IMG/VR virus record: IMGVR_UViG_3300042090_002000
Coordinates: 1 to 64,000 of that record
Direction: 5' to 3' (one strand)
DNA length: 64,000 nucleotides
Origin: a virus
The translations under genes were made by a program, and so were the position numbers. Of this stretch, positions 38,788 through 49,113 are shown piece by piece. Below the pieces are notes generated by a model. The model was not told where the DNA came from and searched no databases. It saw only the letters and a program-made list of their open reading frames with translations. Numbering within the stretch: the stretch's first letter is position 1; each line of letters opens with the position of its first letter.

Positions 38788-39417
38788 TTTTGTTTCTCCA
38801 GTCGGAAACGCTTTGGTCGATCCTCTGCAGCCCGGCGCATTGGATCGCGGAGATCGTGATTACCGTTCTCATTGACGGCGTGCTGCTGGGTTTATTCTGG
38901 CCAGTGGTTCGCAACTGCTGGCTGGTGTGGCGCGGACAGGATTGGGCCAAACGGGTACGTGCGACTGACGAACAGATGCTGTATAATTTTAAGAACAGTG
39001 CAGTCTCAACGCATTGCGACAAGCCGCGCGTGCATCTCGATACGTCGGTCGACATCTGCACCGGCTGCGGTGATGTGAAAGTTGCGCCCAGCCGAAAATC
39101 TATGGACACGTACGGAGCGAGAAATGATTACTAAGCTGCTGGTTTACTTCTTTAGCAAGACTGAACCCATCGAGATCGTATCGACGCCGGACAAGAACAT
39201 CGTCAATGCGTGCGAGCGTGGGTCGTTCTACACGGTGTTGTTCAGCAACGACGAGTCGTACGCATTTCCGATCCAGCACATCTACCGCATCAAGACATTT
39301 CGCGCAAAGAACTTTCCGCCGGTTCGTTCGTGACATCGGCGTTACTCATTGTTACAAAAGTGACTTTTCATTTCCAAGCATGCGCCGATTCCTGATGGAG
39401 TTGGCGGGAGCAAGCCA

Positions 39418-39831
39418 GTGAGCAGACTGCGCGAGTTATTTAATTGCGGGTGGTTCAAATCACAACCCCAAGGCATTGAGAAGCCCGCACCCACATTTGC
39501 CGATCTTCAGCAACACCTGAGCGTGAATCAGTACCTGCGCGATTCGCTGGCCGAAGCCAACGTCACCATCGCCCAGTTATCGTTTCTATTGTCCGCCGCT
39601 CCGATGATCGACATGTTCCCTTACGATTGGACTGGACAAACGCGCATGGCTACGGTACAATCCCCCTTCGCGTACGTTCATCCCAAAACACTGGCTCCGT
39701 TCGTGCAGGGCAACCCGCCCAGCCGGTGGTACAGTTTCTCCGGGTCGCGGACGAAATGGATTCCCATGTCGAGCATGCCGGAGGGCCGGGTGATCTTCTC
39801 CCCGTCATCAATTCCGGGGGTAACAGTCTGA
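39418..39831 (+). CDS. Hypothetical protein
   Basis: GGGAG RBS. Confidence 0.5.
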   Translation: MSRLRELFNCGWFKSQPQGIEKPAPTFADLQQHLSVNQYLRDSLAEANVTIAQLSFLLSAAPMIDMFPYDWTGQTRMATVQSPFAYVHPKTLAPFVQGNPPSRWYSFSGSRTKWIPMSSMPEGRVIFSPSSIPGVTV

Positions 39832-40164
39832 TGTGGCACGGACCACTTTTCGTGAGTAAGCGCCGCGATCCTGTGTTCTCTGCGGTGTTGAAATCGGATG
39901 TGGTGTTCGAGAACAACTACATCTATGATGAGCGACAAGTGTTGATCGAGGCTATTGAGAAATGGCTGGCAACACCAGCGGAGCAATGGATTGTATGCGG
40001 CGATCAAAATATCGTATCGTGGTCGACGGTGAGTCATACTTTGTGACAGAGCGCCCCGGCTATTTGAAAGCGGATTTGGATGGATTCGGCGGCTGGACTT
40101 CCGTCTGGTCCGACACCGTTCCTAATCTCATGCGACGCATTCGGCAGGCGCGACGAGGCGGACA

Positions 40165-40422
40165 ATGATCATCCATAAGTACGGCACCGTGACCTTGCGG
40201 GAGGGATTACCGCCGCTGGTCGAGAACTGGAACGTCGAGCGCGAGCCGGAAGACCCGACCGACGCCACGGACGAACAGTTGCTGCTGGGCTTCGCTATCA
40301 CATGGGCGAAAGAAAGATTTCAGGCTGCAGTCAACATGGCCGTTCTGGATGTATTCCGCCAGCGCGCGGCTAAGCAGGCCGCCGACAAAGCGGCTTCAAA
40401 TCCGACAACGAAGGGGAATTAA
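40165..40422 (+). CDS. Hypothetical protein
   Basis: Coupled ORF. Confidence 0.5.
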   Translation: MIIHKYGTVTLREGLPPLVENWNVEREPEDPTDATDEQLLLGFAITWAKERFQAAVNMAVLDVFRQRAAKQAADKAASNPTTKGN

Positions 40423-40423
40423 A

Positions 40424-40666
40424 ATGGCATTCAAAACCGGCGATATAGTACAACTGAAAAGCGGCGGTCCGGCGATGACGGTTGAACAGGTCGTGAACAG
40501 AACCGTTGACGCAGTTTGGTTCTTCAAGGGTGAGCGTCGCAGAACAATGTTTCACGAAGACACACTGATGCGGCTGCCTTCGCTCAATGGCGGCCTTGTC
40601 CCTGCGGAGAGTGCCGACCTGTACAAAAAGGCGCAGGAGCAGGCTGACCAACAGCCATCTTTCTAA
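40424..40666 (+). CDS. DUF2158/YodC family protein
   Basis: FKTGDIVQLKSGGPAMTV...WF. Confidence 0.85.
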   Translation: MAFKTGDIVQLKSGGPAMTVEQVVNRTVDAVWFFKGERRRTMFHEDTLMRLPSLNGGLVPAESADLYKKAQEQADQQPSF

Positions 40667-40971
40667 TGAAATACATCGTGCGGCTCAACCCGAAGGCGAT
40701 CAATCCGCTGACGCACAAACTCACTTTGGCACGCCTTTGGGAAGTTGAGCAGTGCGAGAGTACAGGCCGCAGCGGACGGGTCGACAGCGAGAAAGTTATC
40801 TGGCACTGCGCGGACGTGAGGATCGACGACAAACCGATCCGCGAGTTGTTCACCTTGCCCGCGCCCGGCAGCACAGAGCCTTGGAAGGTTGAGTGTCACG
40901 GAATTGTAGTTCGAGGCCAAGACAACGCGATTGAAATACACACGGGAGCCCACGATGCGAGCGGCAATTAA
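40666..40971 (+). CDS. Hypothetical protein
   Basis: Coupled ORF. Confidence 0.55.
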   Translation: MKYIVRLNPKAINPLTHKLTLARLWEVEQCESTGRSGRVDSEKVIWHCADVRIDDKPIRELFTLPAPGSTEPWKVECHGIVVRGQDNAIEIHTGAHDASGN

Positions 40972-41492
40972 GCGATTAAAACTACGGATTCGAAAGTGGC
41001 CGAAGCGGTGTTTAGCACTGCTGGACAAAGTGATTGTTATTCGATTGCCTAAACGACATGCCGATTTCGTTAAGGCCGCTGCACTGATTGATCGTATCTG
41101 CCCGAATGCGTCCCCTACGGAGATCATGGTCACATGGCGCGATATAATGTTGCGGCGTGGGAAGTGCGGAAGTGATGAATTTCGGAAGTGATGAATTTCG
41201 GAAGGCTTTGGATACCTCGTGGGATAACAGTTTGCAGGGGGATTGGTGGTATAAGCGTTTCGGACGTTCAATTCACAACGCGGGCGTGGCAGAGACCATC
41301 GCTGCGCATATGCAACACTTTCAAACGGAAGAACAGATCGCGCAAGCCGAAAATCAATCGAGAGATCGAGTGCGAGGGTCTGCCGCGCGCGCCTTGTATT
41401 TTGAGATGCAGAAGGTTCCGGCGAATATTCGTCCTCAAGTCATTCAAGGCGTTTTGGAAGAACTGGACCGGCGCAGTCAAACAGGAGCGTAA
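40955..41492 (+). pseudogene. Gene split by a 16-bp tandem duplication
   Basis: CGGAAGTGATGAATTT x2 at 41167-41198; both ORF halves contain GSDEFRK. Confidence 0.6.
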
Positions 41493-41493
41493 C

Positions 41494-41814
41494 ATGTTTG
41501 GGGCACTTGCACGGATGGCGAAAGCCGATATTCGTAAGGCGCGTGATGCCTACAACGGGTTGGGTATAGTGGCCTCATTCTTCTCGTTCTTGCAGGGCCG
41601 CGCCACAGCGTTCGCCATCATCTTCACGGTTTGTGGTCTGATTGGATTCTTCAAAAAGTACGATCTCACGTCGTATGCGCTGTTCGTTGGCGCAATTTTT
41701 ACCGGCGTAGTCGGGCACAGTTTGAAGGAAGATTATTTTGAGTATCGGCATCGCGTTTTGGATTTGCAGCAAACCCCGCCAGCGCCAACACCGCCAGCGG
41801 CATCTGACAAGTGA
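41494..41814 (+). CDS. Two-TM membrane protein (holin-like)
   Basis: Two hydrophobic helices; AGGAG RBS. Confidence 0.5.
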   Translation: MFGALARMAKADIRKARDAYNGLGIVASFFSFLQGRATAFAIIFTVCGLIGFFKKYDLTSYALFVGAIFTGVVGHSLKEDYFEYRHRVLDLQQTPPAPTPPAASDK

Positions 41815-41822
41815 GGTGCTTT

Positions 41823-42176
41823 ATGAAGAGACTGTTCGGTCTGATGTTGGTGGCAGTACTGCTATTTCGGGCCGGATCGGTGACCGGAGTGATCGGTCAG
41901 ACCGTGCCTGAAGTGAAAAAGATCACGCATTTTCTCGCGTTTGATCTTGACAAGCAGGATTTTGCGCCATACGATAGTACGGAAGAGAAACAGATTTACG
42001 TGGTGACGCCGGAAGGTATTCAGCCGGGGGTTGTCGTCGGCGAGTCAGATGATAGCAAGGGTGTGTTGGTAGTATGGCCTGAACTGGCGACCAAAATATT
42101 GCACAAGGGTGCGCCGGATGATCCTCTCGCGACTCCTGCAGAACCAACAGAGCCGTTGAAACAAACGGAGAAGTAA
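41823..42176 (+). CDS. Secreted hypothetical protein
   Basis: Signal-like N-terminus. Confidence 0.5.
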   Translation: MKRLFGLMLVAVLLFRAGSVTGVIGQTVPEVKKITHFLAFDLDKQDFAPYDSTEEKQIYVVTPEGIQPGVVVGESDDSKGVLVVWPELATKILHKGAPDDPLATPAEPTEPLKQTEK

Positions 42177-42484
42177 ATGACATTCGAGAACATCAATCGG
42201 TCGTGGGAAGCGCCAGTAGGATTCGAGTTTGATGGCGTGTGGCCATCTGGCGCTTTCTTGAAAGTTGTTTTCCGGCGGGTAGACGAATGCTCGCAGGTGA
42301 CGCGGAAATTCTCCCTGATCGAAATTTACATCAACGATATGGGGCGCGAAGTGTTCCGCACTGACCACACAGAAACGTACTATTCTGATCCGCCAGCACC
42401 GCCTGCTTGCGAGCCGGTTCGTTCGTGGTTTCGATTTAAGGCGGCATTCGAATTGGTCCTACTGGGCCTACAGGAGATGGGAAA

Positions 42485-42784
42485 ATGTCTCAGCAAGTCC
42501 TAAGCCAAAAGATTGAACGCACCTGCGAAGGGTGCGGAGTGACAGTCGTATTCGAAATGGTCAACCCGACGGATGACGCAGTCACCGCCATGACCCGCTG
42601 GTACACCATCGTGCGGGAAATCGCGGATTCTGCGACCGGACGATTCCAGAAGCTGATGGTGCAAGCCTGCTCGCTGCCTTGCGTCAACGTCGCCGCACTA
42701 AAGTTGGAAGTGATTCCTTCGAATGCCCCGGACGACATTGATTTGAGCGCGTTGCGGCAATCCAGCGATCCATCTGCGAACTAA
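42485..42784 (+). CDS. Hypothetical Zn-binding protein
   Basis: CEGC...CSLPC. Confidence 0.55.
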   Translation: MSQQVLSQKIERTCEGCGVTVVFEMVNPTDDAVTAMTRWYTIVREIADSATGRFQKLMVQACSLPCVNVAALKLEVIPSNAPDDIDLSALRQSSDPSAN

Positions 42785-42794
42785 CGAGGAGACC

Positions 42795-44393
42795 ATGAGC
42801 AAACACACTCAGTACGGCGCGGACGCGCGAGACGCGATCCTGCGTGGCGTGGATTTCCTTGTTGACGCTGTTGCATTGACTGAAGGGCCGCGTGGAAGAA
42901 ATGTCATCATGGGGCAACGCGCGTTGGGTCAAACGCCGAAAGTTTCGCGCGACGGCGTGACCGTTGCGAACTATGTCGATCCGGTTGACCCCACTGAACA
43001 GATGGGCGCTGATCTGATCCGCGAGGCTTGCCAGAAAACCGACAACGTCGTTGGCGACGGCACGACCTGCACGGCTGTTCTTGCCCGCGCTATGATTCAC
43101 GCTGGCTTTGATTTGATCACCAAGGGTGCGAACCCTTTGGCCATGGAGCGCGGCATTCATAAGGCCACGGCGCTTGTGATTGACCGGCTGCGCAAGATGG
43201 CTGTAGAAGTCTCCGGGGACAAAGTCTTTCAAGTTGCCACGGTGTCTGCGCACGGGGACACGGAGATCGGATGGCTTGTCGCGGAGGCTGTTGAGAAAGC
43301 GGGCAAGGATGGAATTGTGACGGCGGAACCATCCGTGACAGCGAAGACGTTTGTTGAGAACGCGCCCGGGCTGGAGTTGGAAAAATCGAATCTGCTTTCG
43401 CCGGTGTTCATCACGCACCCAGAGGAAATGAAAGCGGAGTTGCCGAATTGTCGCATCCTGTTGTGGGAAGGTGTGATCTCGTCTGCCAAGGCGGTTGTGC
43501 CGATCTTGTCGCAAGTCAAGGCCGATAACACCCCGCTGCTGATCATTGCCGGAGGATACGAGGCCGAAGCATTGGCGTGCATCATCAAGAACAAGGCCGC
43601 GTTGGCGCTGCCAGTGAACGCAGTGCGCATGGAAGCCTACGGTGACCGGCGCAAGGAAGTGATGCGCGATATTGCCGCGCTAGTCGGCGGCACCGCGTAC
43701 ACGGAAGACATGGGAATGAAAATCGAAACGGTCGATCTGAAAAAGCTGGGTGTGGCGCGCAAGGTTGTCACCACCATGGCCAAAACGCAGATCATCGACG
43801 GCAAGGGCAGCCAAGTGGAATTGGCCGGGCGCATTGCCCATATCCGTACCGCTATCGAAGCGGCGGCTCCGGCGGAGCAACCCCCGCTGAAAACGCGACT
43901 GGCGGCGCTGCTGGGCGGCATCACGATCATCAAAGTGGGCGGCACGACCGTCACGGAGATGGAAGAGAAGCGCGACCGTGTTGTCGATGCACTATCGGCG
44001 GCGAAGGCTGCGGTTGAGTCTGGCGTGGTCGCGGGCGGTGGCACTGCCATCTTCAATGCGGCATTTGGATTGAGTGAACGTACTCCACCCGTAGCGAGCG
44101 AAGAGGGACCCGGATTTTCTGTTGTGGCCAGCGCAGGGCGCGCGGTGGTCCGGCAGATCGCAGAGAACGCGGGCGTCAACGCGAACGAGATAATCGGTAC
44201 TCTTTTATCAAGTCATGAGGGGCTGGGCTACAATGCGGTGACCGGAGAATTTGAAAATTTGGTTAACGCAGGAATTATCGATCCCGTGAAAGTTGTGATC
44301 GAAGCCCTGAAGAACGCGGCAGCGGTGGCTTGCAGCATCCTCACCATGGGAGCCACGGTGAGCGAAATTAAACAGGAGAAACAAAATGGATAG
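42795..44393 (+). CDS. groEL: Chaperonin GroEL homologue
   Basis: GPRGRNV, SRDGVTVA, VGDGTT, GVVAGGG, GIIDPVKV. Confidence 0.95.
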   Translation: MSKHTQYGADARDAILRGVDFLVDAVALTEGPRGRNVIMGQRALGQTPKVSRDGVTVANYVDPVDPTEQMGADLIREACQKTDNVVGDGTTCTAVLARAMIHAGFDLITKGANPLAMERGIHKATALVIDRLRKMAVEVSGDKVFQVATVSAHGDTEIGWLVAEAVEKAGKDGIVTAEPSVTAKTFVENAPGLELEKSNLLSPVFITHPEEMKAELPNCRILLWEGVISSAKAVVPILSQVKADNTPLLIIAGGYEAEALACIIKNKAALALPVNAVRMEAYGDRRKEVMRDIAALVGGTAYTEDMGMKIETVDLKKLGVARKVVTTMAKTQIIDGKGSQVELAGRIAHIRTAIEAAAPAEQPPLKTRLAALLGGITIIKVGGTTVTEMEEKRDRVVDALSAAKAAVESGVVAGGGTAIFNAAFGLSERTPPVASEEGPGFSVVASAGRAVVRQIAENAGVNANEIIGTLLSSHEGLGYNAVTGEFENLVNAGIIDPVKVVIEALKNAAAVACSILTMGATVSEIKQEKQNG

Positions 44394-44592
44394 GCTAGGA
44401 TTCGGCGACAATAAAATTCCAAATGTTCGCCCCGGGCAGACTGTGTACTTCTGGTCAGTTTTATTGCCCAGCGGCGAAGAACTACAGATAGTAACGCAGC
44501 GGCCTATTCCAACTGATGTGTGCGATGACATCAACTCCCGCGAAATCCTTGCGGCGCAAATATATCCCCGGAGGCTAGACGCCAATGTCTAA
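44386..44592 (+). CDS. Hypothetical protein between groEL and groES
   Basis: Overlaps both neighbours. Confidence 0.45.
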   Translation: MDRLGFGDNKIPNVRPGQTVYFWSVLLPSGEELQIVTQRPIPTDVCDDINSREILAAQIYPRRLDANV

Positions 44593-44866
44593 GACTCGAT
44601 TAGAACCAATGGGTGATTATTTATTGGTGACGGACAATAAGAGAACCACCACTCTGGATGGGATCGAATTGCCGGACAACGTCAGGCAACAGGAGATGTG
44701 CTTTGGATTTGTGGTGGCAGTTGGCCCGCTTTGTGGTACACTAAAACAGCAGGATCGCATCTGCTACGGACCCTACGCGGGAAAGACGGTGGCACTCGAT
44801 GGATTCGAATTTAGACTTTTGCGAGAAGGTCAAGTTGAAGGGCGGCTCATCACCGCAGACGAATAG
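44585..44866 (+). CDS. groES: Co-chaperonin GroES homologue
   Basis: LEPMGDYLLV, GIELPD, VVAVGP, YAG. Confidence 0.9.
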   Translation: MSKTRLEPMGDYLLVTDNKRTTTLDGIELPDNVRQQEMCFGFVVAVGPLCGTLKQQDRICYGPYAGKTVALDGFEFRLLREGQVEGRLITADE

Positions 44867-45359
44867 GTGCGCCAATCCTTTGTGTTCTAATGGGGTGGTG
44901 CCAAATAAATATCACCCAACTAGGACAAAATATTGCACGCCTGTTTGTCGCATGCAACATCGTAATAGAGTGTTTGGACAACAGGATCGAGAAAAATGGA
45001 AACGTGATCATCCAGAAAACTACAAGGCATCCATGAGTCGGCGCAAACAAAAAGAAAAAGATGATCCAGAAACCAAATTGGTTCGGTCTCGCGCAAATCG
45101 TGATAGTAAATGCAAAAAGGCGTATGGAATTACGCTGGAACAAAAAGAACAGCGGATTGCGGCCCAAGATTTTCGATGTGCAAATCCGGGTTGTCGTTCC
45201 ACTGATCCCCATGGAAAGGGTTGGGTTTCGGATCATTCGCACAAGACAGGAAAGTTGCGCGGTGAACTTTGCAACTGCTGTAATGTGGCGCTTGGGATGG
45301 TACACGATGATCTTGTAGTTCTAGACGGGCTGATGAGGTATTTAAGATTTTATGAATAA
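44799..45359 (+). CDS. Endonuclease VII-type homing endonuclease
   Basis: YGITLE, DHSHKTGKLRGELCNCCN. Confidence 0.85.
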   Translation: MDSNLDFCEKVKLKGGSSPQTNRCANPLCSNGVVPNKYHPTRTKYCTPVCRMQHRNRVFGQQDREKWKRDHPENYKASMSRRKQKEKDDPETKLVRSRANRDSKCKKAYGITLEQKEQRIAAQDFRCANPGCRSTDPHGKGWVSDHSHKTGKLRGELCNCCNVALGMVHDDLVVLDGLMRYLRFYE

Positions 45360-45858
45360 CGAATTGAGACGAAAGCTAACTTTGGATGAAGTTATGGAGA
45401 CGCCTGAATATCGCGCGCTCACACCCAAACAACAGCTTTTTTGTGCAACTTATATTGCCGGAGGATTGGCCACGGGGGTTTATGATCGCCTCGACGCGAC
45501 GCAGAAGGCGTACGTCTGCAAAGACGCGGAATCGGTGCGCGTGATGTCCTACGCGATGATGGGAAACATCCGGGTGATCGAAGCGTTGAATAGGCATTTC
45601 AATACAGATCCAGTCGAAGAGTTTTTGCAAGAGGTGTCCCGCGCCATTCACAATCGTCGGCTCTCTATTGCGCAGGTGCAGGCCCTGAAGATCAAGGCTG
45701 ACCTATTGGGATACGCCGCAAAGCTGCCCGGCGCGACGCCTAATGTTCCGTCCGCCAGCGCCATGATGGACGCGGCCAAGAATCCGCGCAAAGCCAAGAG
45801 CAAACCTTCCGCCCGCAAACCAACCCCCGCCAAAATCAACCACGATTACGAATTTTAA
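45352..45858 (+). CDS. terS: Probable terminase small subunit
   Basis: LTPKQQLFC..Y...AT..AY motif. Confidence 0.55.
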   Translation: MNNELRRKLTLDEVMETPEYRALTPKQQLFCATYIAGGLATGVYDRLDATQKAYVCKDAESVRVMSYAMMGNIRVIEALNRHFNTDPVEEFLQEVSRAIHNRRLSIAQVQALKIKADLLGYAAKLPGATPNVPSASAMMDAAKNPRKAKSKPSARKPTPAKINHDYEF

Positions 45859-45878
45859 GACTTTCCTTTTCTCAAATA
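45859..45878 (+). promoter_or_regulatory. Late-gene element variant GACTT-N7-CTCAAATA
   Basis: Followed by GGGGAG. Confidence 0.55.
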
Positions 45879-45891
45879 GGGGAGTCTTGTT

Positions 45892-46293
45892 GTGAACACA
45901 TCCCATCCATATTCTAAGAAAAAAGCGAAGTATGATAAACAGTGGCGACAAAATCATAAGCCTGAGCGGATTGCTTATCGAAAAGCGTATGATCCTCTTT
46001 GGCGCACCACTGCGGCTGGTCGCTGGTCTATTTTTAGAGCCCGCGCAAAACAGCGAAAGTTGCGAGTGGGTATATCTCTAGAAGAATTTCTAGGTCTTGC
46101 GCCCGATCCCTGTTTTTATTGTGGCAGAGACCGCAGCGATACATGGGGACTGGACCGGATTGATAGTGCTGGGGAATACACGCTGAATAATGTGCGTCCA
46201 TGTTGTCGAACCTGCAACTTAGCAAAAAACGATATGACTGTGGAAGAGTTTAGAACATGGGCCACTGCTTTGGCAAGACACTGGAATTTATGA
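45892..46293 (+). CDS. HNH-type homing endonuclease
   Basis: CFYCG...GLDRIDS..EYTLNNVRPCCRTCNLAK. Confidence 0.85.
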   Translation: MNTSHPYSKKKAKYDKQWRQNHKPERIAYRKAYDPLWRTTAAGRWSIFRARAKQRKLRVGISLEEFLGLAPDPCFYCGRDRSDTWGLDRIDSAGEYTLNNVRPCCRTCNLAKNDMTVEEFRTWATALARHWNL

Positions 46294-46309
46294 CTTTTTG
46301 TTCACAAGT

Positions 46310-46621
46310 ATGGACTTCACTATACCCGGAACGGATATGCTGGGACAGCCGCGTCATGGGTCGATCTATGACGAGACTGGGACTCCCGAATCTGGATACG
46401 GCGAATGCGGGCCGTACCATTGTGAAGATTGCGTTCACAAGCCCGCGCCGGATGAACCTTATTGTATCCACCCGCGCGTGGTTGACGATTTTTGTATGCA
46501 GGATAAGTTGGTTATGATCGGCGGACGACCGGCTATCAAGATCAATCTGGAGCATGGGTGCTGCCGTTTCGTACGACCCCCTGCTGAGAAATGTGAGGAT
46601 CACGAACATGGCAACAATTGA
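46310..46621 (+). CDS. Cys/His-rich hypothetical protein
   Basis: CEDCVH, CIHP, GCCRF. Confidence 0.5.
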   Translation: MDFTIPGTDMLGQPRHGSIYDETGTPESGYGECGPYHCEDCVHKPAPDEPYCIHPRVVDDFCMQDKLVMIGGRPAIKINLEHGCCRFVRPPAEKCEDHEHGNN

Positions 46622-46859
46622 AGATTCCATCGCGCAGTTGCAATCTGAAGTGGCGGATTTGAAAGCACAGGTTGCTGAACTTCAAAATCATCTAGGTGCG
46701 CAACAGATCGGACTCGAATCCGCGCAGAATACTCTTCACGATCATGCGCAGCAAATCGCCGCGATTGCCGCGACACCAGCAGCAAAGCCAATTAATATCG
46801 TGACGAAGCCTTTGGGAGAAGTTCCTTCCCGCAGTCCGCTACAACCACTGGCGAGGTAA
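46608..46859 (+). CDS. Coiled-coil hypothetical protein
   Basis: GAGG RBS; heptad pattern. Confidence 0.5.
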   Translation: MATIEDSIAQLQSEVADLKAQVAELQNHLGAQQIGLESAQNTLHDHAQQIAAIAATPAAKPINIVTKPLGEVPSRSPLQPLAR

Positions 46860-46863
46860 TGTC

Positions 46864-47028
46864 GTGGCCGACATGTCTAAAGCACAGGCGTTTCATGAAG
46901 TCTATGCAAAGACGCCAAAGACGGTCACGGCCACAGGCAAGACTGGTGAAGCGAGGCGGAAGATGATGATCGCTGTTGCGCTCAGCAAGGCGGGGCTCTC
47001 GAAGCCCGGGAAGAACCACAAGGGGTAA
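46864..47028 (+). CDS. Small basic protein (not in ORF track)
   Basis: ...RKMMIAVALSKAGLSKPGKNHKG*. Confidence 0.55.
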   Translation: MADMSKAQAFHEVYAKTPKTVTATGKTGEARRKMMIAVALSKAGLSKPGKNHKG

Positions 47029-47033
47029 TTGAC

Positions 47034-48164
47034 ATGCGTACCCATATGCACACATTTTCGTCGGGTGGCGGCTCTGGAAGCGGCTCGTCCTCTTCGGTCA
47101 TGTCCGAAGTTTCCGCGGCGTCTGTTGCGACTCGTGCGATTGGCACCGTTTATCAAAACACAACAGGCAAGCCTTTGCTTGTGAGCGTAGCCGCGCAAAA
47201 TAGCGGCACCAATGGATGTATTACCGCGAACACCGGCGCAACATCATCTCCCGCAACTCCAGTTGCGCAAATGTCGGGACAGCAAAACGGCGATGGTTTG
47301 ACGAACTTGCAGTTTTTTGTACTCCTCGGAAATTATTACGAAGTGGTGGCGACAAACGGCACACAAACGCTTTTGATCTGGCGCGAATACGAACTTGCTT
47401 CTGGCACGTTCCTTGACAGCGGAGATATCGTTGGGACTCGTGTTTCTGGCACGATCTATCAGAACACTGGTGCGACTACGTTGTTTGTGGTGGCCCAATC
47501 GAACACTCTATCGACAGGCGATGAGATTAATTGCGTGTGCGATGGGAATGCGTCTCCGACTACAGTCGTGGATCAGCAAGTTATTTCAACCTACGGTGCT
47601 TACGGCGGCCCGCTCGCGATTTACTCCATGTTTCCTGTGCCTGCTGGGTATTATTACAAAGTTACGGTTACCACAAGTGGGTCGGGTGTTTTGGCACACT
47701 GGCATGAATACTCATGGGCTGTTCCTTGCTTGCAGTCTTTGAATTTACTTGGAGCTAATCCCGGGTCACTTCCAGCTACTGGCCAGCCCTATTCTGCGGG
47801 ACCTTATGCCCCGACAGTTCCACGAACACTCTTCGGTCCGACTGGTATTTCTACCCCATCGTTGGAGTCGAACGGCACAACGACTCAATGGGAGAACGCT
47901 TTCGGACTTCAGTCATGGCAAAATGGTTCAAAAATGACTTGGGTTGCAGTCATCAGTCAAGTGGCTGTTGGCGGCAACGCGGCTGCAATCTTGTCGGACA
48001 ATGGAATCCCTGCGTATCGGCCTGTGACGCTGGTCGGGGCGGGAAACGGTCTCTCTAAAACGCTGCGCGCGCCGGTGCTGCCAAATCAGTTTTACACATA
48101 CTGGGATTATTCATCATCCAACAACATCACAGGAATCGCGTGGATTGAGTACACGCTGGGGTAA
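47034..48164 (+). CDS. Virion/tail-fibre-like protein with tandem RxxGTxYQNT domains
   Basis: RAIGTVYQNTTGKP and RVSGTIYQNTG repeats, each with F.V..G.YY.V. Confidence 0.6.
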   Translation: MRTHMHTFSSGGGSGSGSSSSVMSEVSAASVATRAIGTVYQNTTGKPLLVSVAAQNSGTNGCITANTGATSSPATPVAQMSGQQNGDGLTNLQFFVLLGNYYEVVATNGTQTLLIWREYELASGTFLDSGDIVGTRVSGTIYQNTGATTLFVVAQSNTLSTGDEINCVCDGNASPTTVVDQQVISTYGAYGGPLAIYSMFPVPAGYYYKVTVTTSGSGVLAHWHEYSWAVPCLQSLNLLGANPGSLPATGQPYSAGPYAPTVPRTLFGPTGISTPSLESNGTTTQWENAFGLQSWQNGSKMTWVAVISQVAVGGNAAAILSDNGIPAYRPVTLVGAGNGLSKTLRAPVLPNQFYTYWDYSSSNNITGIAWIEYTLG

Positions 48165-48168
48165 GCAT

Positions 48169-48372
48169 ATGGCACACGATATTCACGGTGCATTGGCGGG
48201 ATTAAAGAAGCCCGGCCAAGGCCACAAACCGAAGGGAGCCCACGGGCGCGCGGCAGTTCACGCGCTGGGGCGTACGAAGACCACGGGGAATTTTGCTAAG
48301 ATCGAGAAGGCCAAAGGTAAGGGCGCGGCAATCGCGGCCTACCAAAACGCGCTAAAGGCGCACAAGGGGTAA
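48169..48372 (+). CDS. Small basic protein
   Basis: K/G/A/H-rich; ends HKG*. Confidence 0.6.
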   Translation: MAHDIHGALAGLKKPGQGHKPKGAHGRAAVHALGRTKTTGNFAKIEKAKGKGAAIAAYQNALKAHKG

Positions 48373-48376
48373 TACC

Positions 48377-48766
48377 ATGCCGCAGTCCAATGATCCAGTT
48401 GCCAAGGCGCTGGCCGGAGCCAAGGCCACACTCGCACACGCGAACGCTACATTCCCAAGCTCAGGAGCCCCGAAAGCTGCAGCTACGCCTGCCCCAGCAG
48501 TGGCTCCAAAAAAGGCTTCGATGAGTATCGGCGAGCCCGAAAAAGGGACCGCGAACGAATTGAAATCGAAAGCTGAAATGGTCGGCAAAGCCAAGACTGC
48601 GCTGGGTGATGCTCCCAAGATGCACAAGGGTGGCCCGGTAAAGAAAAGCGGAACCTACCAACTGCAGGCCGGGGAACACGTCCTCACCGCTCCTGAAGCC
48701 AAGACGGCCCGCAAACATGCGCTGATGATGTCCGGTATGAAGTCGCTCGCCAAGGCCGCGAAGTAA
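48377..48766 (+). CDS. Basic K/A-rich protein
   Basis: MHKGGPVKKSG...AGEHVL motif. Confidence 0.6.
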   Translation: MPQSNDPVAKALAGAKATLAHANATFPSSGAPKAAATPAPAVAPKKASMSIGEPEKGTANELKSKAEMVGKAKTALGDAPKMHKGGPVKKSGTYQLQAGEHVLTAPEAKTARKHALMMSGMKSLAKAAK

Positions 48767-48783
48767 TCTTGCCCGCAAATTAA

Positions 48784-48803
48784 GACTTCGGTTTCCATAA
48801 GTA
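48784..48803 (+). promoter_or_regulatory. Late-gene element GACTT-N7-CATAAGTA
   Basis: gactt-cggtttc-cataagta-ggag. Confidence 0.7.
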
Positions 48804-48817
48804 GGAGACTATTGGTC

Positions 48818-49099
48818 ATGGCAAAAGATATGGGGAAGGCTCTCTCTGGGCTCTCGAAGCCCGGCAAGACAGCGTCCGCCAAGCGCGGTACCGCGACTAT
48901 GACTATCGAGGCGATGCCTGCCAAACCGAAGACTTTTACAGATACGAATCTGGATGGCCGGTCGGCTCCGGGCGCGGCTACTGGCGAACAAACCATCGCA
49001 CCGAAGGCCAAACCGGGCGGATCGATCAAACCGGAAATGAACGCGACACCGAAGATGGGCGCGGGGTTTAAGGCCGCATCTGCGATTACAAAAGCATAA
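48818..49099 (+). CDS. Small basic protein
   Basis: SGLSKPGK motif. Confidence 0.6.
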   Translation: MAKDMGKALSGLSKPGKTASAKRGTATMTIEAMPAKPKTFTDTNLDGRSAPGAATGEQTIAPKAKPGGSIKPEMNATPKMGAGFKAASAITKA

Positions 49100-49113
49100 G
49101 AGAGGAAATTCCC

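Noticed and set aside
42684-43514. Long antisense ORFs (also 20283..21428, 57553..58479, 30885..31550)
   Set aside because: Shadows of GC-rich coding genes on the opposite strand, with no motifs or RBS.
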